Positions 47,771 through 57,986 of a stretch of 64,000 bases of DNA are shown piece after piece. The notes beneath the pieces are model-generated. The model saw only the letters and a program-made list of their open reading frames with translations, had not been told where the DNA came from and did no database searches. Source of the stretch: a virus; the IMG/VR virus record IMGVR_UViG_3300024262_000015, positions 64,001 through 128,000 of that record. One strand, written 5' to 3'. The number at the start of each line of letters is the position of its first letter. Position 1 is the first letter of the stretch. The position numbers and the translations under genes are program-made.

Positions 47771-49807
47771 ATGGCAGAAATACCCCCCGGTACAAAGGTA
47801 AATGTATCTCCAGATCTTTTGAAAACGCTTCTTGGCACCACCAAAGAAGCAAAAGCATCTACCGATGCGATCAAGGATTTAAATGATGCGGTGGGGCAGT
47901 TCAAAAATGTGTTTAGCGTTTTGGGGTTGGAAAAGTTTACTTTAGGTTTCGAAGATTTAGGAACGGCATTAAAAAGTATACCAACTGTTATCGGACATCT
48001 TGATGCTGCCTTTAAGCTGCTACCACGTCATGGGGCTGAGATTGGAAACCTGACTACTGGAATAAAAACTTTTGGCACAAGTTTAAAGGGGGCAGGAGAT
48101 GATGTAGCCTTTACTCTACAAAAAATAGGAGCCCTTACAGGTTTGGGCAAAGAACTGACTGATAATTATATTGAAGCAGCCGATCATGCGAATCAATTTA
48201 AACTAATGCAAATCAGTTTAGCAGCAGCCAGTGGGACTACAGCAGAGTTTTTTGGTAGAAATAATGACAATCTTAAAACTTTAGATCAAACTACCCAAGG
48301 ATTTCTTAACTCAACTATAGAGGTAGCTGCTGCTCAAGGATTACTTGCACGAGATTTGCAGCCAGTAGCGGCTGAGCTTTATAAAATTCCGGGAGCCCAA
48401 GAGGAAGGCATTAGGGTTGGGAATGCTTTTAAATTTAATCAATTAGAAATGGCAGCCTCTCTAGGACAAGCATTTGGACAGGACCCTAAAAGTTTTGCTA
48501 ACCTTATGGTAAAGTATCATCGAACTTTGGGGACTACAGGAAAGGATGCGGTTAAGATTTTTGGTTCCATGGCCAAAGCTGCGAATGAGGTTGGTATTCC
48601 AATGGAGCTACTAATTAAGCAGGCCGACGATATGACTGTAGGAATGGAGTATGTAGGAGGATCTTTTGAAGATGCCGCTGAAATGGCTGCTCTCTTTAAA
48701 AAAGGTATGCCAAATCTGAGCGTAGAAGCGGCAGTTAATTTTGGGAAATCCCTATCTTCCGGAATTGCTAAGCTTGACATGGATCAGTTATTTGAGCTTT
48801 CGGGGTTGTTGGGGCGATCTACAAGCGCTCGTTCTACTCTTCAATTAAGAGAAGACCTAAGAGGACCCGAAGGTTCAGCGGGCAGAGTAAAAATCTTGGA
48901 AGAAATTCAGTCCCGGATAACTCAGATGGGCCCCATTCTGACCGGTAAGGAAGCTATTGATGCAGGAGAAGGGGCCTCACAGCTTTTAAATCAACAGCGC
49001 TCTTATTTATTGAAGATTGCTGCCCTCACCAAACAAGACCCTCTCCAGGTTGAGGCTTGGTTAGAGCTTATGGCTAAAGGAAAAACCTTTGCCCAAGCCG
49101 TGGCGGAGGCGAAAGAAGGCACTGAAGAAGGAGGCCGAGATAAAGATATTCTTGAGTTTATGGAGAGAGGAAAGGCTACTGGGGCAGCGATGGCTACTGT
49201 GCTAACGACCGGAGCCCAAGAGCAAGAGCGCCAATACTATGCCCATATGATGGAGGCTAATAAGGTCTTACAAAACCTTACAAAAAGTTTTTTAGATTTG
49301 GGGGGTGCGACTAACTCTTTGGTAAAAGGTTTAACCCGAGAAGGAGGGATGACGGTAGATTCAGGTGTAACTTATGGGAAGGGCGCCAAGTCCATGGAAG
49401 ATGATCTATGGAAGGAGAAGACTGCTGGGGGAAAAATAATTGAAGCCGTAATTAACGCTTTTAAAATTCCTGGTTTGGAATCTAAAACACCTTCTACTAC
49501 CGCTGCTTCTTCTGATCAAGATGTGACAAGACAGGCTCTTACTCAATCTATGAAAGATCAAGAGGCTAATGCTGCTGCTATTGTTGCTGCTCAGTCTTCC
49601 CTTCCCCAAGGAAACGCAGTGGTTTCAGAGCTACAGAATTTAACAAAGGCTTTTCAGACAGCTTCAACCCAGCCTATTATAGTAAAGGTAGAGATTACAA
49701 ATGCAGACGGGACGGTTACTCGAAAAGAGGTTCAGGGAATGATTGAACAGAATGCTGCTGGAGCGGATAGTCAAAACCAAGCTGGAACAAATGCAGGTGC
49801 GCAATAG
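47771..49807 (+). CDS. Tape measure protein
   Basis: 678 aa, Ala/Gly/Leu helical, follows the chaperones, ends with IIVKVEI. Confidence 0.75.
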   Translation: MAEIPPGTKVNVSPDLLKTLLGTTKEAKASTDAIKDLNDAVGQFKNVFSVLGLEKFTLGFEDLGTALKSIPTVIGHLDAAFKLLPRHGAEIGNLTTGIKTFGTSLKGAGDDVAFTLQKIGALTGLGKELTDNYIEAADHANQFKLMQISLAAASGTTAEFFGRNNDNLKTLDQTTQGFLNSTIEVAAAQGLLARDLQPVAAELYKIPGAQEEGIRVGNAFKFNQLEMAASLGQAFGQDPKSFANLMVKYHRTLGTTGKDAVKIFGSMAKAANEVGIPMELLIKQADDMTVGMEYVGGSFEDAAEMAALFKKGMPNLSVEAAVNFGKSLSSGIAKLDMDQLFELSGLLGRSTSARSTLQLREDLRGPEGSAGRVKILEEIQSRITQMGPILTGKEAIDAGEGASQLLNQQRSYLLKIAALTKQDPLQVEAWLELMAKGKTFAQAVAEAKEGTEEGGRDKDILEFMERGKATGAAMATVLTTGAQEQERQYYAHMMEANKVLQNLTKSFLDLGGATNSLVKGLTREGGMTVDSGVTYGKGAKSMEDDLWKEKTAGGKIIEAVINAFKIPGLESKTPSTTAASSDQDVTRQALTQSMKDQEANAAAIVAAQSSLPQGNAVVSELQNLTKAFQTASTQPIIVKVEITNADGTVTRKEVQGMIEQNAAGADSQNQAGTNAGAQ

Positions 49808-49821
49808 TATAGTATATTGTT

Positions 49822-50742
49822 ATGGGTTTTCCTCCGTCATTACCATTAGATCCATTTGAAAGAGCTGGCCAGAATTTGGGAGATGCTACTCAGCTTCTTC
49901 CAGGTTATAATCCTATTCCTGCAAACATAGGATCGTCAAGTGCTGCTGCAAGACAGGTTCCTAGAAATGCTAGTGTTTTAGGAAGCTTTACTAGAGATTT
50001 AATTCGTTGGTATGTGCCAGAGCAAGGCACAGTAGAGATGTATATTAATCCTGAAAATATTAATTATAAGTTTTCTAAGGTTGTAAATGAAACGCGCACT
50101 AAGGGTGGCTATATACTTCAGTATTGGGGAGAAGAGCTTGTAAGAATAAGTCTTTCTGGTACCACAGGAAGCTCTGGAATTGAAGGCATTAATGCTTTGT
50201 TTGGAGTGTATCGTGGAGAGCAGCTTGCGTTTGATCCTTTTGCTTTGGCAGTAGCGGCTCAAAATGTCCCTGATAATTTTTCTGATGTATTTGCTGCTGA
50301 TGGGATTCAGTCGGTAGATAACTTTTTAGATATTGCTACCGACCTTGCTACCTTTGGAGGGGCGTTAACACCAGGAGAAATTCCTACCTTAGCTGCATTA
50401 GCATTTTCAGTAGAGATGTATTATTCTGGATGGATATTTCGTGGCTATTTTAAAAGCTTTGGAATAAAAGAAAGCGTCAGCCATCTTGGTTTATTTAATT
50501 ATGATATTGAGTTTGTGGCTACTCAAATGAGCGGGAGCCGACGCAACTTTTTGGGTTGGCATAGGAATCCTGGATATGGTCCTTCGAATTCGGATCCGAA
50601 TTTTGGTGTTCCCTTTAGTTATAGTGGATTAGAGGAGAGGGGCACTATAGCTCCTCCTTTGGGTCCCCGTCCTAGAACTCCGGCTGAAAACTTTGAAGAT
50701 CGATTGGAGTCTGGGGATTCAATTTTTGACCTTATTTTTTAA
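49822..50742 (+). CDS. Baseplate tube-initiator-like protein
   Basis: MYINPENI...TKGGYILQYWGEELVRISLSGTTG...FRGYFKSF...FNYDIEF. Confidence 0.7.
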   Translation: MGFPPSLPLDPFERAGQNLGDATQLLPGYNPIPANIGSSSAAARQVPRNASVLGSFTRDLIRWYVPEQGTVEMYINPENINYKFSKVVNETRTKGGYILQYWGEELVRISLSGTTGSSGIEGINALFGVYRGEQLAFDPFALAVAAQNVPDNFSDVFAADGIQSVDNFLDIATDLATFGGALTPGEIPTLAALAFSVEMYYSGWIFRGYFKSFGIKESVSHLGLFNYDIEFVATQMSGSRRNFLGWHRNPGYGPSNSDPNFGVPFSYSGLEERGTIAPPLGPRPRTPAENFEDRLESGDSIFDLIF

Positions 50743-50757
50743 TAAGGAGAGGAAAGA

Positions 50758-53700
50758 ATGGGTGCGTTTAGTGATCTTGGAAACTGGCTTGATGATGCCG
50801 GATCTTCTGTTAGGGGTTTTCGGGATCTGATTTCTCGTGATACTCCTGATCCTACTGGAGGGCGCACCTATTTAGAAGATGGTTTTATACGAAATGTGCG
50901 ACCACAGCTTAGAGAGGTTTTGTGGCAAGCTCCTAATACCACTATTGTTATTAAAAAGAGAGCGTTCTCGTCTTTAGCAGAGAATTATAATCTAGATCTT
51001 TTAGAAGAAAAAGAAAAGCTATTTTATAGAGCTACTAAAAAGCTTTTCCAAAACAAAGCAAAAGCATTGGCGGCCTATGAACGTCTTACTAAAATAGAAA
51101 AGATTTCTTCTGTAACGGGAAGAGTTAATTCTCATTTAATGCCAACCATTTTGAATTCGGTTGCAGAGCTAGAAGACCAAGGACTATTTAATATTTTTGA
51201 TAACAAAACCCAATGCGCAATTCAAAGATTAAGAAACATTGACGCCTTTAGTGATCCTACTGAGTTCTCTCAATGGTGGGTTGAGCCAGGTCAGCCTTTT
51301 AATGGAACCCTAGGTGCTGGCACAGGGTCTTTTGATTTAACCGTGTTGTCTAGTGTAAGAACAACCACGTCTGTAAAGCTTGGGGGTGGTGGCTGTTCTA
51401 TAGAGCTTCAGAATCCCTATGATATAATGCTTATAGGTCAGGCAGATATTACGCGGGCTATTGTTGAGGCTACCAACTTTACCGAAAATTCTGGGGCTGA
51501 ATTAGAAAGAACAAATGATAATTTAATTCAAACCTTAAATAACCTTAGGCTTGGGACTCGACAGGGAGATTCGGAAAACAATCTTGATCTTTCTTTGATA
51601 GGAGGACAAGGAAATGTCTTTAGTTCCAGTCTTCCCAACCAGCCACCGATTACGTTTACTGTTCAGCCTACCTTTCGAACGAGACCGGTAAGAGCCTTTA
51701 TTGAGCAGCTAGGAATAGTAATTCCTTATACTTATGTTCCTGGTTTAGTTCCTGTTGTAGAGGTACAGGACATTCCACAATTAACAGCCGAAGAAAGAAG
51801 GCTAGTAGAAATTATTATTGGAAATTACATAACTCTAATAGATTTACAAACGGTTCAAAGATTTGATACAATAACTTTTAATAAAAATGTAAATTATGTT
51901 CGAAGAAAAATGACTTTACATTATGATAGCAAATCTATGATTCAGCCAATGGACATAGTAAATATATTTATGACTTCTAATACCCAAAGCGATGGCGCTC
52001 TAACCAGTGGTATGGGTCAAGAATCTACTGGATCAACTTTAGCAGGAAAGATTAATGGGATTCTTGGTCACATGAAAACAACTTATGGTCGTCTAGATGA
52101 AAAGAATGGGACAACCGGAAAGTTTGTCACTCAAGATGAATTAGAAAAGATAGCAGTTGCAGGTCCTGGGTTTCCTAATTGGATGTGGAGAGAGTATAAG
52201 GGTGCGCTTACATCTCAACCTGAGGGACTAGCGGTATTTGTAGGGGTAGTTAAAGAGGCAGAGAGTTCGTATAGAGATGGTGAGTTTCAGTTAAGCGTTT
52301 CATGTGGAGACAATTCTGAATATTTTGATCATACTCAAGTAAATATTAATCCTTCTTTAAATGTTCCCAATGGTGATTTGCTTGATCCACTTACTCCCTT
52401 TAATGTGAGTTTTGATGCTGTTACTGGCTTGGCTCCTGGAGGGCAACCTGAAGTGCTTCCAGAAAACCAAACCCTTCTCGACACAAAAGTAGCGAGGGTT
52501 TATAGTGGGCGATGGCGGGGGTATGGGGCGATTACTCAAGATATCTTTAATTCTAGAGATGGAGATATATCCGGCTCTAGTCTTCAAGAGATATTGGCTA
52601 CGCCCGCAGGATTTGTTTATAGATGGAAAGAAGGAATTGGTGGCTGGGTAGGGAGTGGTCCATCTACAACCTTAGGTTCTAGGTCAGTTCAGCCACGCAT
52701 AGTAACTGATCCCTTTGCGGGACAGGATGTAATGAATGCTTTATCTTTATTGGTAACAGCACAGCCATACAACTTTAATTTGTTTTTACAGAATGCTATG
52801 CAGAGCACTCTTACCTCTGCTGATGCTCAAGGCCCGGATTCTAATACCGGAGATTTTTCTGCGAAGACATTTTTGGAAAGTCTTTTGGGAGAAGTTCGGA
52901 GACTTAATTCAGTTTGGGGCGGCTTTCTTCCGTTCAAGTCTTTGGTAATAGGGTCAGCCGCCGAGACTGCTATCCTTACCCAACAGGCTCAGCTTGTAAC
53001 AGAAAGTTTGGAGATAAACCGCCTTCTTACTCAACAGGCCGCGTTAATCCAGGCATTAATAGTAGGGAGCCCTAATCCTACACAAATTTCTAATCAGCTT
53101 AAAGGTAAGACTCCAGAAAATGTTCCTACTATTGCTACATCTCAGGCTACATCTGAGGCAAAAATTAAGCTTGGGTTGGTACAAAATAAGCTGGATGAAA
53201 GAACGGCTCAATTTGTACGAATGCAGCGGAACCTAAATGAAGCAAACCTTCAGGGTGGCTTTAAGATTTTGGGAAACAATATTCTTTATGATCCTGTTCT
53301 TTCCCCTGCAGAAGATACAAACGATTCAGTACAAAAAGAAAAGAGCCAGTCTGCCTTTAGAGATAGGTTGGGGTTCCTTACTTTAAGAAGGATTTGGCAG
53401 GTACGAGCAAACTTTGACAAGAATTATTTTGTTGTTGACGATCAGTATGATAAAAACGGAGAGATACAGGCTTTTGAAAGAAAAGTAAACAGTTCCAATA
53501 TGAAACTGTTTGAAAGTGAGTATACAGATCTTAAACAAAAAATGATTAAAGCCGCAGAGGTTTTGGGTCTAGAAGTTTTTGCTAGCACTCAAGGTCACAT
53601 TGTTGCGCGTCCACCTTTATATAATCGCATCCCTAGTAGTGTTTTAAATGATTTGTTTTTACAAACTGAAGAGACTGGTATCCAATTTTTCCCTGAGTTT

Positions 53701-55974
53701 TTTCAAAATCTTTTCGTAAATCAAGGCCAAACTCTTCTTAGAGATATTGAAGTTCTAGAGACGCAGATAAGAATAATTGGAGTTATTTTAGGGTTTGCTA
53801 GGGATGCCCAAACGTTAGATGTTAAATTAAGTAAATTTTTATCTAAGTCTGTTGCAGATGGGTCGTTGTTTGCTTTTATTACTACAGTAAGCGGGAACCT
53901 GGCTGATTTTGGATTAGAAAAGCTTTTTACTCTTACCAATCCAGATATGTTGGATCCTAAATTGACCGATTCTTTGGATGCATTATCAAGGTTAAGATTC
54001 CAGGCTGGGGCCAGAGAGATTTTTCCTGTAACTAATCAGGTAGAGGCCTTTACTGAAACGCTAAATATACGTGCTTTGAGTGAAACGCTTCCTTCAGAGT
54101 CAGAAGAGATTATTAGAGTTTTATCTAATAAATATCTTCTTCTTACTCAGCAACAGGCTCCTATTGATGAGTGGGTTAAAGAAGCTAGTACAGCGCCGGG
54201 GCGAAGGCATCTTATTTCGAATTTGGCTGAGTTTATAAATACTCGTCAAACGTCAGCGGTGTCGGCAGCTAATGTGGTTAAGAATATTCAAGAGCTTGCT
54301 GACTTTAATCGAAACCCTTCTAAAGCAATTCAAACCGCATCTTTTCCTAATCTAAATTCTAAAAGCACTCTTCCTTCAGTCATTGAACATATGATTGAAA
54401 AAGAGAATAATGATGAATTAGGTCCAGGATCAGGTCAGAGATTTATAATTAAAGATGTGGAAATTATTTCTTGGAGTTTAGAAGAAAAGGCTCCAGATTA
54501 CAATACGGTTTTGGTTACTGGGAAGATTGATACAATTACTGGGCGGATCGGCGGCCAGGTGGAGGCTCCTCCAGGGTTAGCATTTAAATCATCACCAGGA
54601 AATGTTGGTGGCAATCTTATGACCACCGCAATGGCCGTAGATTATGACATGTGGAGGATGTATGGGCTTAAGACTTCTGAAGGGATAGAGGCTCCGTTCT
54701 TTGGAGACGCAGAAAGCCAATGTCTTCCTTATGCTGTCTATCTTTTGAATCTTCAGCGTAGAAATATTTTTAGAGGCAGCATTACTTTACGGGGAAATGA
54801 ATATTACCAGCCTGGAGATGTGGTCTTTATAGAGAGCCGGGGGATGCTTTTTTATGTAGAAAAAGTTTCGCATTCCTTAGGGTTTAATAGAAGCTTTCAA
54901 ACTACTTTGACTTTGACATATGGAAGGAAGCCAGGCGAATTTATTCCTACTATGCTAGATATGGTTGGTCAGCTTTTGTATGCTCCTGCTAAGCGTGGTC
55001 AGTTTCAGCGAAGCTCGCGCTTTAATGCTGAAGGGAAAAATGTACCATTGGCCTTAGGAGGAATTGCCATTTCGTTGGCTGGGCTTCCATCTGTAGAGGA
55101 GGAGAAGAGCGCTGGAAGAACTACAACTACGAGAACTGTTACCATTGTTACAACTACCCCTCCGGGTGTTACGCCGCCACCCATTGTGCCATCCACCGCT
55201 GCACAGAAGACTGAAGCCGAATCCCGCGCTCTTGTTTCCGGTCAAATATTAAATGGTCCATTAGGATTAAGAAATCAAAATATTATGCAGGGTGTATTAT
55301 CGGCATTATCTGGTGAGCTAGGCGTAACAAATAAAACTAAAAATATTGTTATTATAAGAACTTTTACGACGAAAAGAGTAACTCCAGAAAGAAAAGAAAT
55401 AATTGAGAAAGGTCCCGAGGTTGTTAAGCAATGGCTTCTTAATCCTACGACTTTTTGTGAAGACGGCACTTCTCCAGTCACTAGCGATACCCTTGCTCCT
55501 TTAAGGCTGAGTCCAGATAATATTCAAATAGTAATAACTGATTTAGATGCAGAAGGTGCTGGTCAAACCACTAAGGTTGGAGCAAGCATAGAAGAAGCTG
55601 CAGAAGAGGGAGAGCTAAGCAAATTTCGTTTTTTTGCTCCGGTCTCGGCTCAAGCTTGGGGTGCGGCTCGGTTATTGTCTACACAAGGATCTTTTGCGCG
55701 TGTAACTCAGGCTGCTTCTTGTGAAGGAGATATTCCGTCAGCTAATGAGCTTCTGAAAACTTTAGTTTCTCAGGTTATAGAGTTATGGTTGGTTAAGGAA
55801 GCGGTTATTCCTTCTATTGAGCGACCTCAAAATCAGTCTAATCCTAGTCAAGCTTCACAAGATGATAACTTGGCAATGAATGAGGCGGGACTAGCGAGGG
55901 CTGAAGATAAGCGAGTAGACGATGCTGCCGCGCTTCCTGAGGTTAATGAAAGCACCGCAGGAGAGCCGCTATGA
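50758..55974 (+). CDS. Large baseplate hub protein
   Basis: 1738 aa. IQPMDIVNIF, VFVGVV, GLEVFASTQGHIVARPP, GSITLRGNEYYQPGDVV...YVEKVSHS...TTLTLTYGR. Confidence 0.75.
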   Translation: MGAFSDLGNWLDDAGSSVRGFRDLISRDTPDPTGGRTYLEDGFIRNVRPQLREVLWQAPNTTIVIKKRAFSSLAENYNLDLLEEKEKLFYRATKKLFQNKAKALAAYERLTKIEKISSVTGRVNSHLMPTILNSVAELEDQGLFNIFDNKTQCAIQRLRNIDAFSDPTEFSQWWVEPGQPFNGTLGAGTGSFDLTVLSSVRTTTSVKLGGGGCSIELQNPYDIMLIGQADITRAIVEATNFTENSGAELERTNDNLIQTLNNLRLGTRQGDSENNLDLSLIGGQGNVFSSSLPNQPPITFTVQPTFRTRPVRAFIEQLGIVIPYTYVPGLVPVVEVQDIPQLTAEERRLVEIIIGNYITLIDLQTVQRFDTITFNKNVNYVRRKMTLHYDSKSMIQPMDIVNIFMTSNTQSDGALTSGMGQESTGSTLAGKINGILGHMKTTYGRLDEKNGTTGKFVTQDELEKIAVAGPGFPNWMWREYKGALTSQPEGLAVFVGVVKEAESSYRDGEFQLSVSCGDNSEYFDHTQVNINPSLNVPNGDLLDPLTPFNVSFDAVTGLAPGGQPEVLPENQTLLDTKVARVYSGRWRGYGAITQDIFNSRDGDISGSSLQEILATPAGFVYRWKEGIGGWVGSGPSTTLGSRSVQPRIVTDPFAGQDVMNALSLLVTAQPYNFNLFLQNAMQSTLTSADAQGPDSNTGDFSAKTFLESLLGEVRRLNSVWGGFLPFKSLVIGSAAETAILTQQAQLVTESLEINRLLTQQAALIQALIVGSPNPTQISNQLKGKTPENVPTIATSQATSEAKIKLGLVQNKLDERTAQFVRMQRNLNEANLQGGFKILGNNILYDPVLSPAEDTNDSVQKEKSQSAFRDRLGFLTLRRIWQVRANFDKNYFVVDDQYDKNGEIQAFERKVNSSNMKLFESEYTDLKQKMIKAAEVLGLEVFASTQGHIVARPPLYNRIPSSVLNDLFLQTEETGIQFFPEFFQNLFVNQGQTLLRDIEVLETQIRIIGVILGFARDAQTLDVKLSKFLSKSVADGSLFAFITTVSGNLADFGLEKLFTLTNPDMLDPKLTDSLDALSRLRFQAGAREIFPVTNQVEAFTETLNIRALSETLPSESEEIIRVLSNKYLLLTQQQAPIDEWVKEASTAPGRRHLISNLAEFINTRQTSAVSAANVVKNIQELADFNRNPSKAIQTASFPNLNSKSTLPSVIEHMIEKENNDELGPGSGQRFIIKDVEIISWSLEEKAPDYNTVLVTGKIDTITGRIGGQVEAPPGLAFKSSPGNVGGNLMTTAMAVDYDMWRMYGLKTSEGIEAPFFGDAESQCLPYAVYLLNLQRRNIFRGSITLRGNEYYQPGDVVFIESRGMLFYVEKVSHSLGFNRSFQTTLTLTYGRKPGEFIPTMLDMVGQLLYAPAKRGQFQRSSRFNAEGKNVPLALGGIAISLAGLPSVEEEKSAGRTTTTRTVTIVTTTPPGVTPPPIVPSTAAQKTEAESRALVSGQILNGPLGLRNQNIMQGVLSALSGELGVTNKTKNIVIIRTFTTKRVTPERKEIIEKGPEVVKQWLLNPTTFCEDGTSPVTSDTLAPLRLSPDNIQIVITDLDAEGAGQTTKVGASIEEAAEEGELSKFRFFAPVSAQAWGAARLLSTQGSFARVTQAASCEGDIPSANELLKTLVSQVIELWLVKEAVIPSIERPQNQSNPSQASQDDNLAMNEAGLARAEDKRVDDAAALPEVNESTAGEPL

Positions 55975-57980
55975 GTTTAGGTCCGGTTTTTCTTTCTTCG
56001 CGTACAGGAACAATCTTGGGGTTTAATCCCCAGAAGAAAACTATTCGCATTGCTCTTAACTCTGCCCAAGTTCCATTTAGTAAAGCGGGATTAGAGATTG
56101 AGACCGATCTGCCGTCCTCTTGGTTTGGAGCCAATGGAGAACTGGGAGGAATGTATCCGGTTACAGGCTCTACGGTTAATGTAGTTATTGGCCAGGGTGG
56201 AGAGTGGAGGTGCTTGGGTTATGCCAACTCTAGCAATTATACTACCAACAATGATGCTTTTCCAAAGAGTTATTTTGAAAAGAATAAATTAGCCGCATTT
56301 GTTCCTGGCGTTTCTTTAAGTCAGGTCGAAAATAATGTACAGCAAACGATAAGTGTTGCTGGTATCATGACCGGCAATCCAGTTAATCAAACCTGTGCCG
56401 ACCCAGAACAGAATATCTTTAGTGTAAATTTTGGTCAGTACTTGGGATTTTCTGAGGCCTCTACTTTAGTTTCTGGCATTGTGTTTAGGGATTTGGGGTC
56501 TAATGTAACTAGAAATTTGGCTGGGTCTGCACGCACCTCTCATGTTTATGGTAAATCGCTCACGCCTATTGGAATGGATCCGCGTACGACTCCGGGGCTT
56601 GGCTTTGTAAGAAACCCTCCCTTTGTAGAAAATCGGGAGATGGTCTACGAGTTTGCTTATGACTTTGGTTTTACTGAAGATGATAAGGAGACTGAGCTTT
56701 ATCAAAAAGAAAAAAACCCGGCTCTAGCAAACTACTTTGATAGAAATGAAAGCCGAGCTAACACTTTAAACTTAAATCTTACGGCACCCAACTTTTTAAT
56801 TGAGCAAACTAAAGGGACGGTTGTAGATACTTATGGGAACGTCCTAGATTTAAATAGGCTACCTTTACCTGTTGGAAGCGGAAACTTATCTTTAAGAGAA
56901 ACAGAGATTGATTTATCGGAGACTTTTAAACAGATAAGAAAGATAGAACGAAAAAGTATAGCTTATCATTTCGAAATTAATGCTCGTAAAGAACTTCCAT
57001 TACCCAATCTTCAAAGCACTACGGATTATTCTAGATCAAAGAGTCGGTTTTCTTTAGACATAGATAAAGAGGGGCAGTTTAAATTAAATGTTCCCAGTTC
57101 TAGTCCAGAAGGAAACGTTTCATTGCCAGTTAGGTATGAAAATTATTCTTGTATTAAAGCTGATCTGGATGATACTGGCCGCCCAAATGCTTTTATTAGA
57201 AATACAACTAACCAGGATATTTTTGTTAATAGCTTTGGTGTTGGGGCAATAGATATTTCCGATGAAGACCAGAAAGAAGGAAAGGCTGCTCCTATTGATT
57301 GGATTAAAAAAACCAATATAAAATTAGGAACTCCTTACCATAATATAACTACAGCAGGTTTAGCGCAACAAAGACCGGACCCAATTGAGAACTGGGCGCC
57401 CAATAGTCTTTTGAATAACCCACTAAACACACCTGTTCTAACGGATGTAGTAAATACAAATATTATTGTAGGGGGAAAGGATTCTAATGCTGGAGGGCGA
57501 AGTGGGTACATCAATATGGATGGGTTCATGTCCTTAAGCTTGGGCGCCAATACCTCAGATAGACAATCTCTTTGGATAGATTATGCAGGAGGGGTAGTGG
57601 CCAACATAGGAAGAGATTTAAGGGGACGCAGTTATGTTGGGACTATGAATGGAGATCTTTTTCTTACTATAGGTGGGCCGGGGGTAACTACTGACTCTCG
57701 CTTCCCCGCTGAAAAGGACCCAGCTAGAAATGGCGTTTACGATGGGACGTTGGATATACGAGTGGTACGTAATGGAGAGCTTTCAATATTTAGAATTGGT
57801 CCCAAAGGAGTTAATGTAGCTACTCCTGGTCGTATAACTTTGGAGGCGGGCCAGGATATATTAATAAGTACTCCGTCTAATCTTTTTCTTAATGCAGATA
57901 ATATTTATATGTATGCGAATGAGGTTGGTGATGTTCAAACCGGCAGATTGGTTGCAAGAAAGCCCAAGCTTACTATTTAG
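55971..57980 (+). CDS. Baseplate central spike-like protein
   Basis: N-terminal OB-fold-like YPVTGSTVNV and C-terminal beta-strand repeats, follows the hub. Confidence 0.6.
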   Translation: MSLGPVFLSSRTGTILGFNPQKKTIRIALNSAQVPFSKAGLEIETDLPSSWFGANGELGGMYPVTGSTVNVVIGQGGEWRCLGYANSSNYTTNNDAFPKSYFEKNKLAAFVPGVSLSQVENNVQQTISVAGIMTGNPVNQTCADPEQNIFSVNFGQYLGFSEASTLVSGIVFRDLGSNVTRNLAGSARTSHVYGKSLTPIGMDPRTTPGLGFVRNPPFVENREMVYEFAYDFGFTEDDKETELYQKEKNPALANYFDRNESRANTLNLNLTAPNFLIEQTKGTVVDTYGNVLDLNRLPLPVGSGNLSLRETEIDLSETFKQIRKIERKSIAYHFEINARKELPLPNLQSTTDYSRSKSRFSLDIDKEGQFKLNVPSSSPEGNVSLPVRYENYSCIKADLDDTGRPNAFIRNTTNQDIFVNSFGVGAIDISDEDQKEGKAAPIDWIKKTNIKLGTPYHNITTAGLAQQRPDPIENWAPNSLLNNPLNTPVLTDVVNTNIIVGGKDSNAGGRSGYINMDGFMSLSLGANTSDRQSLWIDYAGGVVANIGRDLRGRSYVGTMNGDLFLTIGGPGVTTDSRFPAEKDPARNGVYDGTLDIRVVRNGELSIFRIGPKGVNVATPGRITLEAGQDILISTPSNLFLNADNIYMYANEVGDVQTGRLVARKPKLTI

Positions 57981-57986
57981 GAATGA